Below are positions 39,514 through 53,309 of a stretch of DNA of 64,000 nt, piece after piece. Where the stretch lies: positions 2,108,279 through 2,172,278 of the forward strand of contig JAHRHZ010000085.1 in NCBI GenBank assembly GCA_024137785.1, given 5' to 3'. The notes beneath the pieces were generated by a model. It searched no databases, was not told where the DNA came from, and was given only the letters and a program-made list of their open reading frames with translations. This stretch comes from Ginglymostoma cirratum (lineage: Eukaryota). The position numbers and the translations under genes are program-made. Numbering within the stretch: position 1 is the stretch's first letter; every line of letters begins with the position of its first letter.

Positions 39514-40242
39514 GTACCTGCTTGTACTGAAGTGGCCCAAGTGTGAAAGGCATGAACTGGCCAACAAGGATTAAAACAAAATGGGACAGCCTGCTCTAAC
39601 GTTCAAGTCAAACACAATGGTACCTTTGATTAAGACTACTACAAGGTCAACAAAAGAGCCTTACCACCAACCATCCGAACCATATTTGATGAGAGGGTGG
39701 CTAAGAATAGATAAGTAACTAATCCCAGCCTCTAATGAAAGGATGATGGTCCCAGTAAACAAATAACACCAAGTGTGAGCCTCAGCCCATGAGTCAACTA
39801 GATTAGCTTCCTTTAAGTTCCTAAGCAGCTGCAAAAAATTTACAGCTAAAATTACTTGGTAGTAAATGGTTTCTTCTTTGAAACTACCTACAATATTAAA
39901 TAGATTCCAGTTAAAAATTCCTTTATCACAGAAGTAGTTTTAATGTATAACCAAAGTATAATGCAAGCATTAGGGGGAAAAGCATTTAAACTTAGATGTG
40001 AAAGTTAATTAAGTCTTAGAAAACATTGTCTTACGCCCTGGGCAAGATAGATTGTTCACAATCCATTAATTACAAACTGCTTACAGTAGGAGTAGCTCTA
40101 GAACTTTACATTTTATAACTAACTTTATACTAGATATTAACTTTATAGCAATTAGTTAAAACTGTCTTTTGTATTTTTACATATATAATTAGGACAGTGG
40201 GAAATATTAGAAGAATGGTTGAATTTGATAAAAGAAAACACA

Positions 40243-40687
40243 TGTAATACAATGAATAAGAGAACTCAAGAGATATGAAGCCTGAGACAGATGCGAAGGA
40301 GTGTAGCCAGTAGCTTTGGAATGCAAATAAATAAGATCACCAGGCCTAGAGATTACAATGCCTGGTGAACGCCATAAGATCATGGGAGCCTGGGGCTGTC
40401 CATAGGAATGACCATCACTAATTAGGTCTCCCACGGGATTGGGTATATGGATTAACGGGAAGGACAGTGACTACACTGTATTTGATTACTGTAACAGAAA
40501 ATCTATTAAATGCTGTATTTTCACTGTAAAAATTGGAGCGTGTCATTGATCTCCATTCTGATTCAGGGTAGATTCATTGGCCCTCTACCTTCCATCAATT
40601 GGTTTTTGCTTGAATAAAGATCTTCCACTTGCCTGAATCCTGCCTGCCTCCTGAGTCTTGGTCTCCTGTCGGGGGTATGCTCCTACA
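40243..40687 (+). mobile_element. Putative solo LTR
   Basis: TGTA...TACA termini, TATA-like CTATTAAA at ~40503 and AATAAA at 40613; no clear TSD. Confidence 0.4.
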
Positions 40688-41550
40688 CTAACACTTTAGG
40701 AAAAAATGGTTCACATGTTTTATCGTATTCACAGCCTTAAATGCAGATTCACTCACTTTGTTTCTTAAAATTTCACGGTGAGCAAATGTTAATACATTCC
40801 CCTACGCCCCTCCTTTTTGAGCTGACATCAAATTGAAATAGCTGACATCCAAACTTGGAACTTTGCTTTACCCCACCAGTTAGACTCTACAGTGCCAAAC
40901 ATGACCCTTCTTTAAAAATCTGCTTCTGTTCATTTCCCATCAGCTAATCTTATACCCTTAGAGACTGAATTCATGTTCATGATGCTTGCCAATGTTACAC
41001 ATGAAACAGGAAGAAGCACTGTTAATGCCACAGAATATGAAACAATAAGATATCAGCAATTGAAATATTACAAGCAACTCTTGCATAAAAAACAACAAAA
41101 GTAGGCTTGTGATAGCACAATAAATTTACCCTACACACTCTTGAGTACAATTATTTCATCATCAACTCCCTTGTGGAACGTTATGGTTTAGCTGCTTAAA
41201 ATTCAAAGCATGACTTTCCCCAGTTCTCTGTTATCTGTATTTTTATTTACACATGAGGAAATCAGCATAGGTTCACATGAACAGTGGATTTAGAAGCAAG
41301 GGTCGGTCAGTCAGTCTCTCTAGCCTGCTCTGTTATTCCAAACATTCAATAAAATGACTGGTATGAGAAGTTACTCCATTTGAGAGACCAAATCAAAAAA
41401 GTTGTTCAAACAAGGTCATCACAAATCTGACTGTAACCTCAAACCTACGTTCAAACAGCATTCCTGATAATCTTTTACCTCTTTGCTCTACTGGAATCTA
41501 TCAATTTGTGACTTTAAAATATTCAAGAATCTTGTTTTTGCCACCTCCTT

Positions 41551-42160
41551 GAAATGGTTCGCGACTGGGGACCACTTTGCAGAACACCTACGCTCGGTTC
41601 GCACTAAACAACTGCACCTCCCAGTCGCGAACCATTTCAACTCCCCCTCCCGTTCCTCAGACGACATGTCCATCCTGGACCTCCTGCAGTGTCACAATGA
41701 TGCCACCTGAAGATTGCAGGAATAGCAACTCATATTCCGCTTGTGTACCCTGTAGCCCAATGGTATCAATGTGGACTTCACAAGCTTCAAAATCGTCCCT
41801 CCCCCAACCGCATCCCAAAACCAGCCCAGCTTGTCCCCACCTCCCTAAACTGTCCCTCAAGCCCCACCCCTATCTCCTACCTACTAACCTCATCCTGTCC
41901 CCTTGACCTGTCCGTCCTCCCTAACTCCCCACTTACACTCACCTTTACTGGTTCCATCCCCGCCTCTATGACCTGTCTGTCTCCTCTCCACCTATCCTCT
42001 CCTCTATCCATCTTCTATCTGCCTCCCCCTCTCTCCCTATTTATTTCAGAACCGCCTTCCTCTCCCCCATTTCTGAAGAAGGGTCTAGGCACGAAACGTC
42101 AGCCTTCCTGCTCCTCAGATGCTGATCGGCCTGCTGTGTTCATCCAGCTCTACACCTTGT
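41551..42160 (+). mobile_element. Penelope 3' fragment with a short 5' inversion
   Basis: DHFAEHLRSVRTKQLHLPVANHFNS. GAAATGGTTCGCGACTGGG is the inverse of internal CCCAGTCGCGAACCATTTC. Hammerhead core at 42073-42100. Confidence 0.88.
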
Positions 42161-42239
42161 AGAGGTGTATTGTTGTGTATCCTGAAGTCTGCCTTGGAGG
42201 ATGCTTACCTGAAGATCAGAGGCTGAGTCCTTTGGACTC

Positions 42240-43365
42240 ATGGCGGGGAATCACTGAAACAACTTCATAGCATTATCAACAAGTTTCATCCGATCATCAG
42301 ACTTAACATGGACTACTCTTCTGAATCAGTTTCATTCTTGGACACATGCATCTCTAACAAGGACAGACACCTCAGTACCTAACTCTGTCACAAGCCCATG
42401 GATAACCTCACAAAGCTGCACTTCTCCAGTTTCCACTCCAAACATTTTTTAAAAATCCATTCCCTATAGACAAGCCCTGAGCGTACATAAGATCTGATCA
42501 GATGAGGAGGAATGCAACAGAAACGTGAAGGTGTTGAAGAACATAGGAACTTGATATGATGCTCAACTCTTTGATCACCAATTCCAACATGCCACAGTGA
42601 AAAACTGCAACGACCTCCTCAGAAGACGGACACAGGATATGGCCGACAGAGTACCCTTCATTGTCCAGTACTTCCCAGAGTGGAGAAACTATGCCATGTT
42701 CTTCACTGCCTTCAATATATCATTGATGATGATGACCATCTCACCAAGATCTTCCCAATGCCTCCAATTCTTGCTTTCAAACAACCATCAGACACTAAAC
42801 ATTGTGCACAGCAAACTACCCAACCTTCAGGACAACATCGACGACAACATTATATAGCCCTGTCATGGTAACCTCTGCGAGACATGTCAGATCATCGACA
42901 TGGATTGTACTATCACACATAGGAACACCACCCACCACGGACACTGCAGTACACATGTGACTCAGCCAATGTTTTCTACCCCATATGCTGCAGACAAGGA
43001 TGTCGTGAGGTAGGGTATATTGGCGAGATCATGGAGGTGCTATGGAGATGAACAAACGGATACCACACAACAATCGCCAGACAGGAATGTTTCCTGCCAC
43101 TCAGGAAACACATCAGCAGTCAAGAGCATTCAGGCTCCTACTTCGGGTAAGCATCAGCCAAGGCAGACTTTGGGATACATAACAATGCAGAATCGCTGAG
43201 CACAGGCTGATAGCCAAATTCTGTTCCCATGGAGACAGACTCAACCGTGACCTTGGGTTCATGTCGTGCCAGAGGTGACACCTGCACACTGTTCTTTATC
43301 TGTAAAATCTCCCTTACTGTCCTGTTTTGACAGCATCACATCGCTCAAATGCACAAAAACACATA

Positions 43366-43411
<46 letters not shown>

Positions 43412-44035
43412 TGCTCTCTCTCCTTCTGTCTCTCACACACACAAACACTCAAGCACACAGACACACACACAAATCAATGGGGTGAATCATTTGACCTAAG
43501 ATGTTTGTCTATTTGCAGATATGTTCTATTTTGTTCAAAAACCATTCACTTTGTTGTCACAGACAGTCAGTATGGCATTTTCTAAATTCGTGCTTTCAGA
43601 ATAAAACCAGCCTGATTCCAAATCAGAACTCGGAGAAAGATTCTGTACAAGGCCTGACACCTTCAATTCAGTATCTGACCGAAAATGTTACATTTTGTAT
43701 TTATGCCTGATTGAAGTTTAGAAAGTTAGGCAGAAACAGATGAAACCTTTAGTTATTTTGGAGCAGTGACTTGAAACAGATTCTGGAATTTGCATATTAA
43801 TCAATCGAACTTTGCATCTCCTTTATAACAGAGTTCTCCATCAGCCATTTGATGTTTGTTCACTCCACTCACACTAGCTGTATAATCCTTTGATCTCTCT
43901 GCCGATAAACTCTGTGTCCGTGTGTCCTTTCTCACTGCATCTGACGAAGGAGCAGAGCTTCGAAAGCTTGTGATTTCAAATAAACCAAATAAACCTTGGA
44001 CTATAGCCTGGTGTCATATGATTTTTGACTTTAAC
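42240..44035 (+). mobile_element. Decayed Penelope-like element of another family
   Basis: RT remnants (SFLD, LHFSSFH, RVPFIVQYFP), GIY-YIG remnants (YTCDSANV, YIGE) and a terminal hammerhead-like CTGACGAAGGAGCAGAGCTTCGAAAGCTT at 43941-43969. Confidence 0.75.
43358..43471. repeat. (CA)n microsatellite
   Basis: Directly visible AC dinucleotide run. Confidence 0.95.
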
Positions 44036-45299
44036 TCCTTTTCTATCCACCGAACTGCTGGACCTGCTGAGATTTTCCAGCAATTGCTGTTTTTATTTGT
44101 TTCAAATTTCCACATTGTTTGATAGAATCCAGTAATGCAGCTCTATATGAACAGCTTGGCTCAACATCACGCCACATCTGGAGCGCACATCTTCAGTATT
44201 ATTGCTGGACTGTTATCCTTTTGCAGCATTTAGTGACAGCATGTAGACTGATTCGAATCAGCTGATGACAGGTAGTAATATGCTTTGGGTCTTTGAAGGA
44301 GGCCAATATGCTCATTCACTCAGCACTTCTGGCTGAAGTTTTTTGTGAATGATTCAGCCTCACCTTTTGCACTAATGTGTTGGGCTTCCGCATCATTAAG
44401 GGAGAGAATATTTGTGGAGCATCCTACTGCAGTAAGTTATTTCATGGTTGAACGCCTCTCACAACTAGATATGGCAGTACTGAAAATTGTACACCTGAAC
44501 TGTTCACTGTGAAATTGACTAGCCATGTTTATCAGTTGTTGCATACACCATTTGGCAAGTAGGAGGTCCTACCTGCCACAGACCAACTGGTACACAGTTT
44601 AGGAACATAGGTGGTGAACTCTGGGGTATTTCACACCAAGTAATTGAAAAGCATCATCGTGATGGCCGCAGTATTCACTTTGTAATGTCATAGGAGCATT
44701 GCTATACGTCACCGTCTGTGCCTCACCTGAGTTTCTCCAAAATGGACCTAATTCTAGCTGTACAATTGCCCTAAAGAATCAATCAATTCATAACCTTGTT
44801 TACTTAATTTAGTCATTTTCACTGCCATTTTGGCTGATTCTCCAGACTGTTTGAAAAACACATCTTTTTGGGTTTTTTTTAATCATGCAAGAATGGACTT
44901 TTTGAATCAATCTAATTGTTCACAACGGATATGTTACCAACAATGCTGGGAGTGAAATAGAAGACCTCATTAAAGTCCATATTGGATTCCACCAACACTT
45001 TTACACCCAAGGCACACTTGCATATGTTGAACTCTTACTCTCATTTTCAGTCTTTATTTGGCATCTGAAGAGATATGTCTCCATCTGTATCTCTTATCTA
45101 CCAACACGTCTCCTTCTTTATTAAAAGCCAAAATATTCCCTGAATGGCAACTTAAGACAGAAACTAATTTACTTCCAATTATCCAATTTACTATCAAACA
45201 TGGGAACAATTTTCCCCTTCTACTCTATCCAGACCTCTCATAATGTTGCACATTCTATCAGATCCCCTCTTGCCCAACTTCTGTCTGTGCAGAACAACC

Positions 45300-46842
45300 C
45301 CAAGCTCTCCAACCTCTACCCTCACTTTCTCTCTCTCTCCCTGCCTATTCCTCTCCTCTCTCTCTCCCTTGACACCTTGTCATCTCACCCTCCCTTATCC
45401 TCTCTCCTTCCTTTCCTCCATGCTACCCCCACACTCTGTCCCTCCCATTCTTTCTCCCACCCTTCCTTCTGTATTCTTCTTCCTTGCCCCCTCCTCTCTC
45501 TCTCCCTGTATCCCACTGTCTCTCACCTTGTCAGTCACTGTCTGTCCCCCAATCTGTGCCATAATTTGTTCACTCTCTTTCTCTCTCTCTCCCCCTCCCT
45601 CTCTCCTGTCATCTTACAGCTCTTTTTCCCTCCCCACCAAATGTGCACTCCGTCTTTCACCAACATTCCTCTCCCCATCCATTGCACTGTCTCCCCCTCC
45701 CTCAGCTTCTCTCTCACCTGCACACCCTCTGCTTCCTTTCTCCTGTGCCCTTCCATCTGTCCCTACCTCACGCTCATCATGTCTCTCCCAAGTTCTTCTA
45801 TTGATCACATCACTCTTTCTCTCTTCCCCGACCCTATCCAACACTTGTATCCTCTGTCTCATGCCCTCGCTCCACACCTCCCCATCCTCTCTGTCTAAAG
45901 TTCCCAAGCATTCTCACCCTCATCCTTCCTCACCTACTCCTCCTGCTTCTCTCAGCCAGTTCTTTCTTCTCGTTCCTCTCTCTTATTCTCAGTCTCTCAC
46001 ACCATCCCTCTCTTCCTCCTTGTACGCTTCCTGTTGCCCTCTCTGTTTTCCTGGCCATTCCCACATCCTCTTTTTGTCACTCTCGAACTCTGTCTCTCTG
46101 GTGCTTTGTCACTCCCTCCCACTCCCTCTCATAGTCATTGTCCCCTCTCTCTCTCCCTCATCTTATCCATTTCCTCTGCTCTCTTTACCTTCACTGTCCT
46201 CCTTGTCACTCTCTCTCACCTGCACGCTCCTTTTTTTATTACACCCTCTCTCTATTGCTCTATTTTGCTTTCAGCTCCCACAAATCCCTATCTCTATTTA
46301 TGACTTTCCTCCTCTCTCCCTATCATCTTCCTTTTCTCACTTCTCTGTCTCACATTGATTCCTTCACTTTCTTCCATTCATCTCTCCCATGACCCATCCC
46401 TCACTCTTCCCCTCATCCTCTTCCCCCTTACTGTCATTCATTCCTCTGACTCCCTCTCCACTTCCTTCAATCCCTTCCCTCACATTTCCTCCCGCTCCAT
46501 CACACTTTCTCTCATGAACTCCCCTCCAAACCTACTCCTGTTTCTCTCCACCCTTTCCAAACTTCATTCACTCCATCTCCTTTTCTATCTCTACCCTTTC
46601 CTCTTCGCTCTCTCCTGCTTCATATGCCGCATCTACCTGACCTCCTCTCTGACCACATTCCTCTTGCTATCCCTTGCTCTCCACACTTATCTGCTTTGAC
46701 CTGTCTTGCTCACTGCCAAAATATTCCTCTCACTCTGCCAACCTCACCACTTTACTAGCCCTGAACTGTCTGTCTCCCCATCCTCCATCCCTCCATACAT
46801 ACACATTGCCTGCCTCACATCCTCACATGCTCTCTTCACACC
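45300..46842. repeat. ~1.5-kb CT-rich low-complexity polypyrimidine tract
   Basis: The + strand is overwhelmingly C/T with very few G; the long S/L/P-rich ORFs here are compositional. Confidence 0.9.
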
Positions 46843-46844
46843 AT

Positions 46845-48670
46845 TTTGTAAAAGAAGACCGTAAGAGTTTTTTTTTTAAGATATCAAAAAGGTAAGAGAA
46901 TGGCAAGTGCATTGGACTGTTTGGAAATGAGGCTGGAGAATTAGGATTGGGCAGCCAAGAATTGGGGGAGGAACTGAATAGATACTTCACCCCTGTCTTC
47001 ACAGTGGAAGACCCCAGCAGAATACCCGTACTTCAAGAAAGTGAGGCGCCAGTAATCAGTGTAATGGCCATGAAAGAGGAGAAGGTGTTGGGGAAGTTGA
47101 AAGCTCAAAGGTGGATGAATCACATAGACCAGATGGACTACACCCCAGGTTCCAAAGGAAATAGCTGAGGAGATTGTAGAGGCATTGGTAGTGGTCTTTC
47201 AGTAATCACTGGAACCAGGAAGGGTCCCACAGAACTGGAAAGTGGTTATGTAGCATCCCTGCTTAAGAAGGGAGGGAGGCAGAAGACTGAAAACTATAAG
47301 CCAGTTGGCCTGGCCTCGGTTGTCGGTAAAATTTAGAGACCATTGTTTAGGATGAGATTGTGGAGCACTTGGGAGTGCATGTGAAAATAGGACTGAGTCA
47401 TCATGGCTTCGTCAAGGGGAATTAATGCCTGACCAAGCTGTTAGCATTCTTTACGGAGGTAACATGCAAGTTAGACAAAGTAGAGCCAGTGGACCTGATC
47501 TACTTGGATTTCCAGAAGAACCTTGACATGCACAGGAGGCTTTTAATAAGAGCCCATAGTGTTAAGGGAAAGATACTGGCATGGATAACAGATGGGCTGA
47601 CTGGCAGGAGGCAGAGAATGGGAATAAAGGGGGCTTTTTCAGAATGGCAGCTAGTGACTAGTGAGACTCTGCAGTGGTCAGTGTTTGGACCACAACTATT
47701 CATGTTATACACATATCGTCTGGACAAAGGACTGAAGGAACTGTTGGTATATTTGCAGATGGCACAAATGTAGGTGGAAGGACAGGCACTGTTGAGGAAG
47801 TGGGAAGGCTGCAGAAGGACTTGAACATGCTAGGTGAGTGGGCAAGGAAGTGGCAGATGGAATACAATGTGGGAAATTGTGTGGTTTTGCACTTTTGTGG
47901 GAAGAATAGAGGCAGAGACTACATTCTAAATGTGGAAATGCTCTAGAAATCTGAAGCACAAAGGGACTTGGGAGTTCGAGCTCAAGACTCTCTTAAGGTT
48001 AACATGCAGATTCAATTGTTCATTATGAAGTCAACTGCAAGCTTGCGTTAATTTCAAGAGGGCTAGAATATTAGAACAGAGACTGTGCGAGGCTTGGTCA
48101 GACCACAGTTGGAATATTGTTAGCAGTTTTGGGCCCTATATCTAAAGAAGGATATACTGGCATTGGGGTGGTTCCAGAGGAGGTTCACAAGAATGATCCC
48201 AGGAATGAAGGGCTTGTCATATAAGGAGCAGTCGAGGACTCTGGGTCTATATTTGATGGAAATTAGAAGGATGAAGGGCATCTCATTGAACTTTACAGAA
48301 TACTGAGAGGCCTAGATATTGTAGATGTGGAGAATGTGTCTCCACTCATAGGAGAGACTAGGACCTGGGGACGCAGCCTGGATTGAAGAGACGACTCTTT
48401 AGAATTGCGATGAGGATGAATTTCTTCAGTAGAGCGTGGCTAGTCTGTGGAACGCATTGCTGCAGGGAGCTGTGGAGGCCAAGTTATTGAGTGTATATAA
48501 GAAAACGTTTGATAGGTTCTTGAATGGTAAGGGAATCATGGGTTATGGGAAGAAGGCAGGAGATTGGGGTTGAAAGACATATCTGCCACAATCTAACCAC
48601 AGAACAGGCTCAATGTTGTTGAATGGTATGGTTCTGCCTCTGTACCTTTTGGTCTTACAGTCTTATGAAG
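46845..48670 (+). mobile_element. Decayed CR1 LINE ORF2 and 3' end
   Basis: DLIYLDFQK, GIFADGT, LQKDL...WARKWQMEYNVGNC; tail GGTCTTACAGTCTTATG. Confidence 0.88.
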
Positions 48671-48859
48671 TTTTTACAAGAATTCACATGGTTGTCATTG
48701 GGTTAGTTCTTATCTCCAGATTTTACTGAAAGAAAATATCACCATTCCATGGTGGATTTGAACCATGTCCCCAGGACATTTGACTGGGATTCTCGATTAC
48801 TAATACAGTGACATTGCAATCACATCACCACCTCCCCTATGAAGTGTAATCTTGCCAGT

Positions 48860-49812
48860 TATTTCAAAGTGAATGGCATATAAAAATATTGTTAAAAATA
48901 TAACAATATTGCTGAAGCTAATTAGACCACACCTAGATAACGCTGAACAATTTTATCCACTTATCTGAGGAAATATGCACTGACATTGGAGGCAGGCTGA
49001 AGAAAGTTCACTGTGTTGATCCTGACATGGAGGAATGTTCTTATGAGGAGAGCTTGGATAAGTTGGGCATGTCCCTATTGGAGTTTAGAGGAATGAGAGG
49101 CAAACTTCTTAAACCATACATTATTCTTAAGGGGCTTGGAAACTGACATGCAGAAAGGTTGTTTACTCCTTTTGGTCATCCCAGTGCCAGAGGGCCTATT
49201 CTCAGACTTGAGCAGTGGCCCATGTATGACAGAATTGAAGGTAAATTTCTCCTTTTGGGGATAGTGAATCAGTTGAATTTCTTTACCACTGACAGCTGTT
49301 AAGTTTGGACCATTCAGTATATTCAAGGCTACGATCAAAATGTTTTCTGTCAGAAGTGAATCAAGACCTGTGGTGTAAAGAGAGGAGAGTGGGCTATCAG
49401 ATAAACCATGATACCATTGAATGGCAAGTTGACTTATTGGGCTAAATGGCATTAGAATTATAGAATTCCGACAGTGCAGAATTGACTCAGCACCAACTCT
49501 CCAAGGAGCATCCCACCCAAACTGTTAATCTATTCCCATGGCCCTGCATTTAACCATGGTTCATCCACATAATCTACACAGCCCTAGACACTACAGACAA
49601 TTTTGTTTGACCAATCCACTTAATATACACATCTTTGGACTGTGAGAGGAAACTGGAGCACCTGACAAAAACAAACACAGACACAGGGAGAATGTGAAAA
49701 CTCCATACAGACAGTCACCTGAGACTGAAATCAAACCCAGGTCCCTGGCGAGGTGAGGAGCAGTGCTAACCACTGAATCACCATTCCTTCTTCTCCTATA
49801 TCTTATGATCTT
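48860..49812. mobile_element. CR1 3' fragment (+) with a nested tRNA SINE (49455-49785, -)
   Basis: The CR1 3' UTR resumes after the SINE (CTTCTTCTCCTATATCTTATG). Confidence 0.7.
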
Positions 49813-50464
49813 TATCCCAGTGAAGTTTAAGCTTTTATTTAATAACTCATCTTCCTCTGCCTTTTCTTCTCCTTACTTTCCATTTCAAGTTTTGTTCATC
49901 GATTTACATTTGCATTAATCTCATTGTTCTTTTACTCGTTGTTCATTTGATCCACTTATTCTTTTTCCTCTCTTTCCCTGTGTCTGTTTATCTTCTAACT
50001 TATGTCTTTTCATTTTGCATTGTCTTTCTCCATTTTTTTACATGTAGTTTCTTCTCGTTTTGCCATCAAAATTTCCAGTTCCCTTCTTCCATTTGGAAAT
50101 ATTAAATAAAATTTAAAATTCTGCATCATTTCTTAATCCTGCTTTGACTTCCATCTCCAATTTATGATGATCCTTCTCTATTTAGCGTCAGCAAAGTTTT
50201 TAGTTATCCATTGTTATATATTCCACTTCCACAAAACTCTTAACAGCGTTCAAAATCATTTTTAAAATTCAAAGAATTTTATGTGGTGAGGTTTACTGAT
50301 CAGAGCAACCACATACCAGTTACTTAGAAAAAGCACAGTTTTTTTCCAAATCCAGGGAATTTAATCCCACAAGTGACATAAATTGTTTTTATTCCAGTCA
50401 TGTTAGTTTTGATATGTTTGCTCCTAGACTGAAACTGGCTTGATTGTTCATATCAATGATAAGG

Positions 50465-51895
50465 GAGATGACAATTGTGTTGCCTGGACTAGTAATCTGG
50501 ACATCCAAATAATAGTCTGGAAAACTGGGTTTGAATCCTGCCATGGTAGATAGTGGTATTTGAATTCAATGCAGATCTGGTGTTAAGACTCCAACAGCTC
50601 TCACAAAACAATGCTCTCAAGTAGCATCTGCTGAGTAACAACTGTTCAGTGGGACTCAGTTTGCCCAGGGGCACTCAGCTCCTGACCTCGATACAGCCTT
50701 GTTTCAAACATGGACAAAAGAACTGAATTTCAAAGCTGAGGTGAGAATGACAGCCCTTGACATAAAGTTTACATTTGACTAAGTGTGGCATCAATGATCC
50801 TGAGCAAACATGGAATCAATCGGAATTGGGGGATAGTTCTCCATTGATTGGAGACCCACATGGCACAAAGTAAGATGACTGTGTTGGTCAAATGATAGTC
50901 GTTCCCCATCCAGGAATGTCTGCAGGAGATCCTCAAGGTAGTATCCTCGGCCCAATCTTCTACACCTGTTTCAATAATGATCTTCCCTCCATCATATGAT
51001 GAGAATTGAAGACATTCACTCAGGATTTTACAGCATTTAGTACCATTTGTTTCTCAGGTACTGAAGCAGTCTATATCTAAATTCGGCAAGACATCTACAA
51101 TATCCACTTTGAGTGAATAATTAGGAAGAAATATTTGCACCATACAAATGTCAGGCAGTGGCCATCTCCAGTCAGAAACAGTCTAACCATTGTCCCATGT
51201 CATTTCAATATCATTTCCATCATTGAATCCCTCACTAGCAACACCCCAGAGTTTAGCATTGACCAGAAACTGAACTGAACTATCCAATTAAATGCAATAG
51301 TTGCAAGAGCAGGCCAGAAGCTAGGAATCCTGCAGTGGGTAAATCACCTCCTGACTCTCCAAAAACCTTTTACCAACTACATGGCACAAGTCAAGAGTGT
51401 GATGGAATGCTCCCCACTTGCCTGGATGAGTGCAGCTCCAAGAGCAGTCAAAAAGCTGGATGCTCCATCCCATAACAAAGTAACCCGCTTGTTTGGCAAC
51501 CCACAAACACATACTCCCTCCAATACTGACATACAGTAACATCAGTGCGTTTCATCCACGTGATGCACCGTAAAAATTCAATAAAAGTCCTTAGATTTCA
51601 CTTTCAAAACAGACAGCTATTTCTGTCTCAAAGGACAATGGCAGCAGATACGTGGGCACACAACTAGCTGAAAGGTCCCCTTCAATCTACATACTATCCT
51701 GACTTGGAAATCTATTACCATTGCTTTGCTGCCGCTGGGTCAAACTCGTCAAATTTCCTCCCTCATTGCATTATGGGACAGTTGACAACAGATGGACAGC
51801 AGTGGCTCAAGAAAGCAGCTCAACTTCCCAAGGGGAACTGAGCATGGGCAATAAATGCTGGTCCAGCCAGCGACATGCACATCTCGCAACTGAGT
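50465..51895 (+). mobile_element. Second-family LINE RT and 3' end, preceded by a SINE-like tRNA head
   Basis: PQGSILGP-type RT remnant; the 3' tail GGGCAATAAATGCTGG..AGCCAGC is shared with the Deu-like SINE. Confidence 0.75.
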
Positions 51896-52281
51896 TTTCA
51901 CAGAAAATATATTGTGCTTTATTTCTCTGAGGTATTCTTTCACTGAAAGAGATACACAATGGCACCAATTCATCTTGTCAGAAAAGTTCCAAAATAGTTT
52001 ATTACACAAAAGATTACACACAATTTTGGCATGGGGGTTCAGCAGTTAGCACCGCTGCCAGACAACATCAGGGACCTCTGTTCAGTTCTACCCTTGGGCA
52101 TCTGGTTGGATGGAGTTTTCACATTTTCCCTGTGTCTGCATGAGTTTCCTCCAGGTATTCCAGTTTCCTCCCACAGTCCAAAGATAAGCAGATCAGGTAG
52201 TTTGGAAATGCTAAATTGCCCATCGTGTCCAGGGATGTGCAGTCTAGGTGAATTAGCCTCAGTAAATGCAGGGTTACAGGG

Positions 52282-52691
52282 TGTGGAAGAATAATTAAAG
52301 CATAAAGAGAGAATGTAGCTAAAGATTAGAATTAGAGGATGGAATGATGGGAAAATAGGTCAAGTAGATACCAATGACAAATTGTTGCCAGACAGCAGAA
52401 AACTTTAGACCATGTTGTGCAAGTTGCCTCGCGTTTAAGTTAGTTCCTTAGTAACAGCCCAGCAACCACGAGTTATGAGATCATGGTAGATGGCCTGCCT
52501 TGAGAGGATGTGATACTGTGTACATGATTGTAAGTCGCCTCAAAATGTACAAAAACTGCTCTATTTCTGTATTCTGTGGAGACTACGGATCTGACCTTTT
52601 CTTAGCGTTGGCTGTCTGTGATATCACGAATAAGGCCTCTTCACTTCGAACTCTAAAGCTCTGGTGTGTGACTAAATTAATATCTTCAACA
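52282..52691 (+). mobile_element. Solo LTR nested in a tRNA SINE
   Basis: Imperfect inverted termini TGTGGAAGAATAATT...AATTAATATCTTCAACA, flanks CAGGG/CAGGA; the SINE resumes after 52692. Confidence 0.7.
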
Positions 52692-53309
52692 CAGGATTAG
52701 CGTGAGGGAGGGTTAGTGTGGATGGGGTGCTTCTCGGAGTCTCTGTGTGGACTGGATTGGCCGTAATGCCTGCTTCCACTCTGTAGGGATTCTATGATTC
52801 TTCTGTTCTATATGAAGAGAAAACAGAATAATCTAAGCTTTTAAAAAGCAGGTTTAGAAACATACCTTACATGCCGTTACGCTACAACACCAGAAAGTGT
52901 TTTCCTCTCTCTCACATCCTTTTGTTTGACTTAACTACTTATTTCAATTCCTGGTCATGACAGTGTGATAGCCTTCCTCTCTTGATTATTCACACAAATA
53001 TATTTAGATACTCTCAGCTTCAATTATTACCTGGAAGGTTCTAACCAAAGATTTAAGGTATGGAATTTTGAACTGAAATCCCTCAAACTGAAGTAAGCTA
53101 TTTCCTAACTGTACTGAACTGACTCCTTTTTTGAAACATTTTAAATCATGCCTGTTCTTAGTCTTCATGGCTTACCTTATCCAAAGTTTTCAACTATGTT
53201 TGTACATTTACAGTCATTGAGTCATAGACTCATCGAGATAGATAGCACAAAAATGGCTCTTCAGCCCTTCACACCTCAAAAGCAACCACTTTTTTTTATT
53301 CTAACAACA

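Noticed and set aside
45200-46895. Long ORFs of 232 and 371 aa
   Set aside because: Artefacts of stop-poor CT-rich low-complexity sequence.
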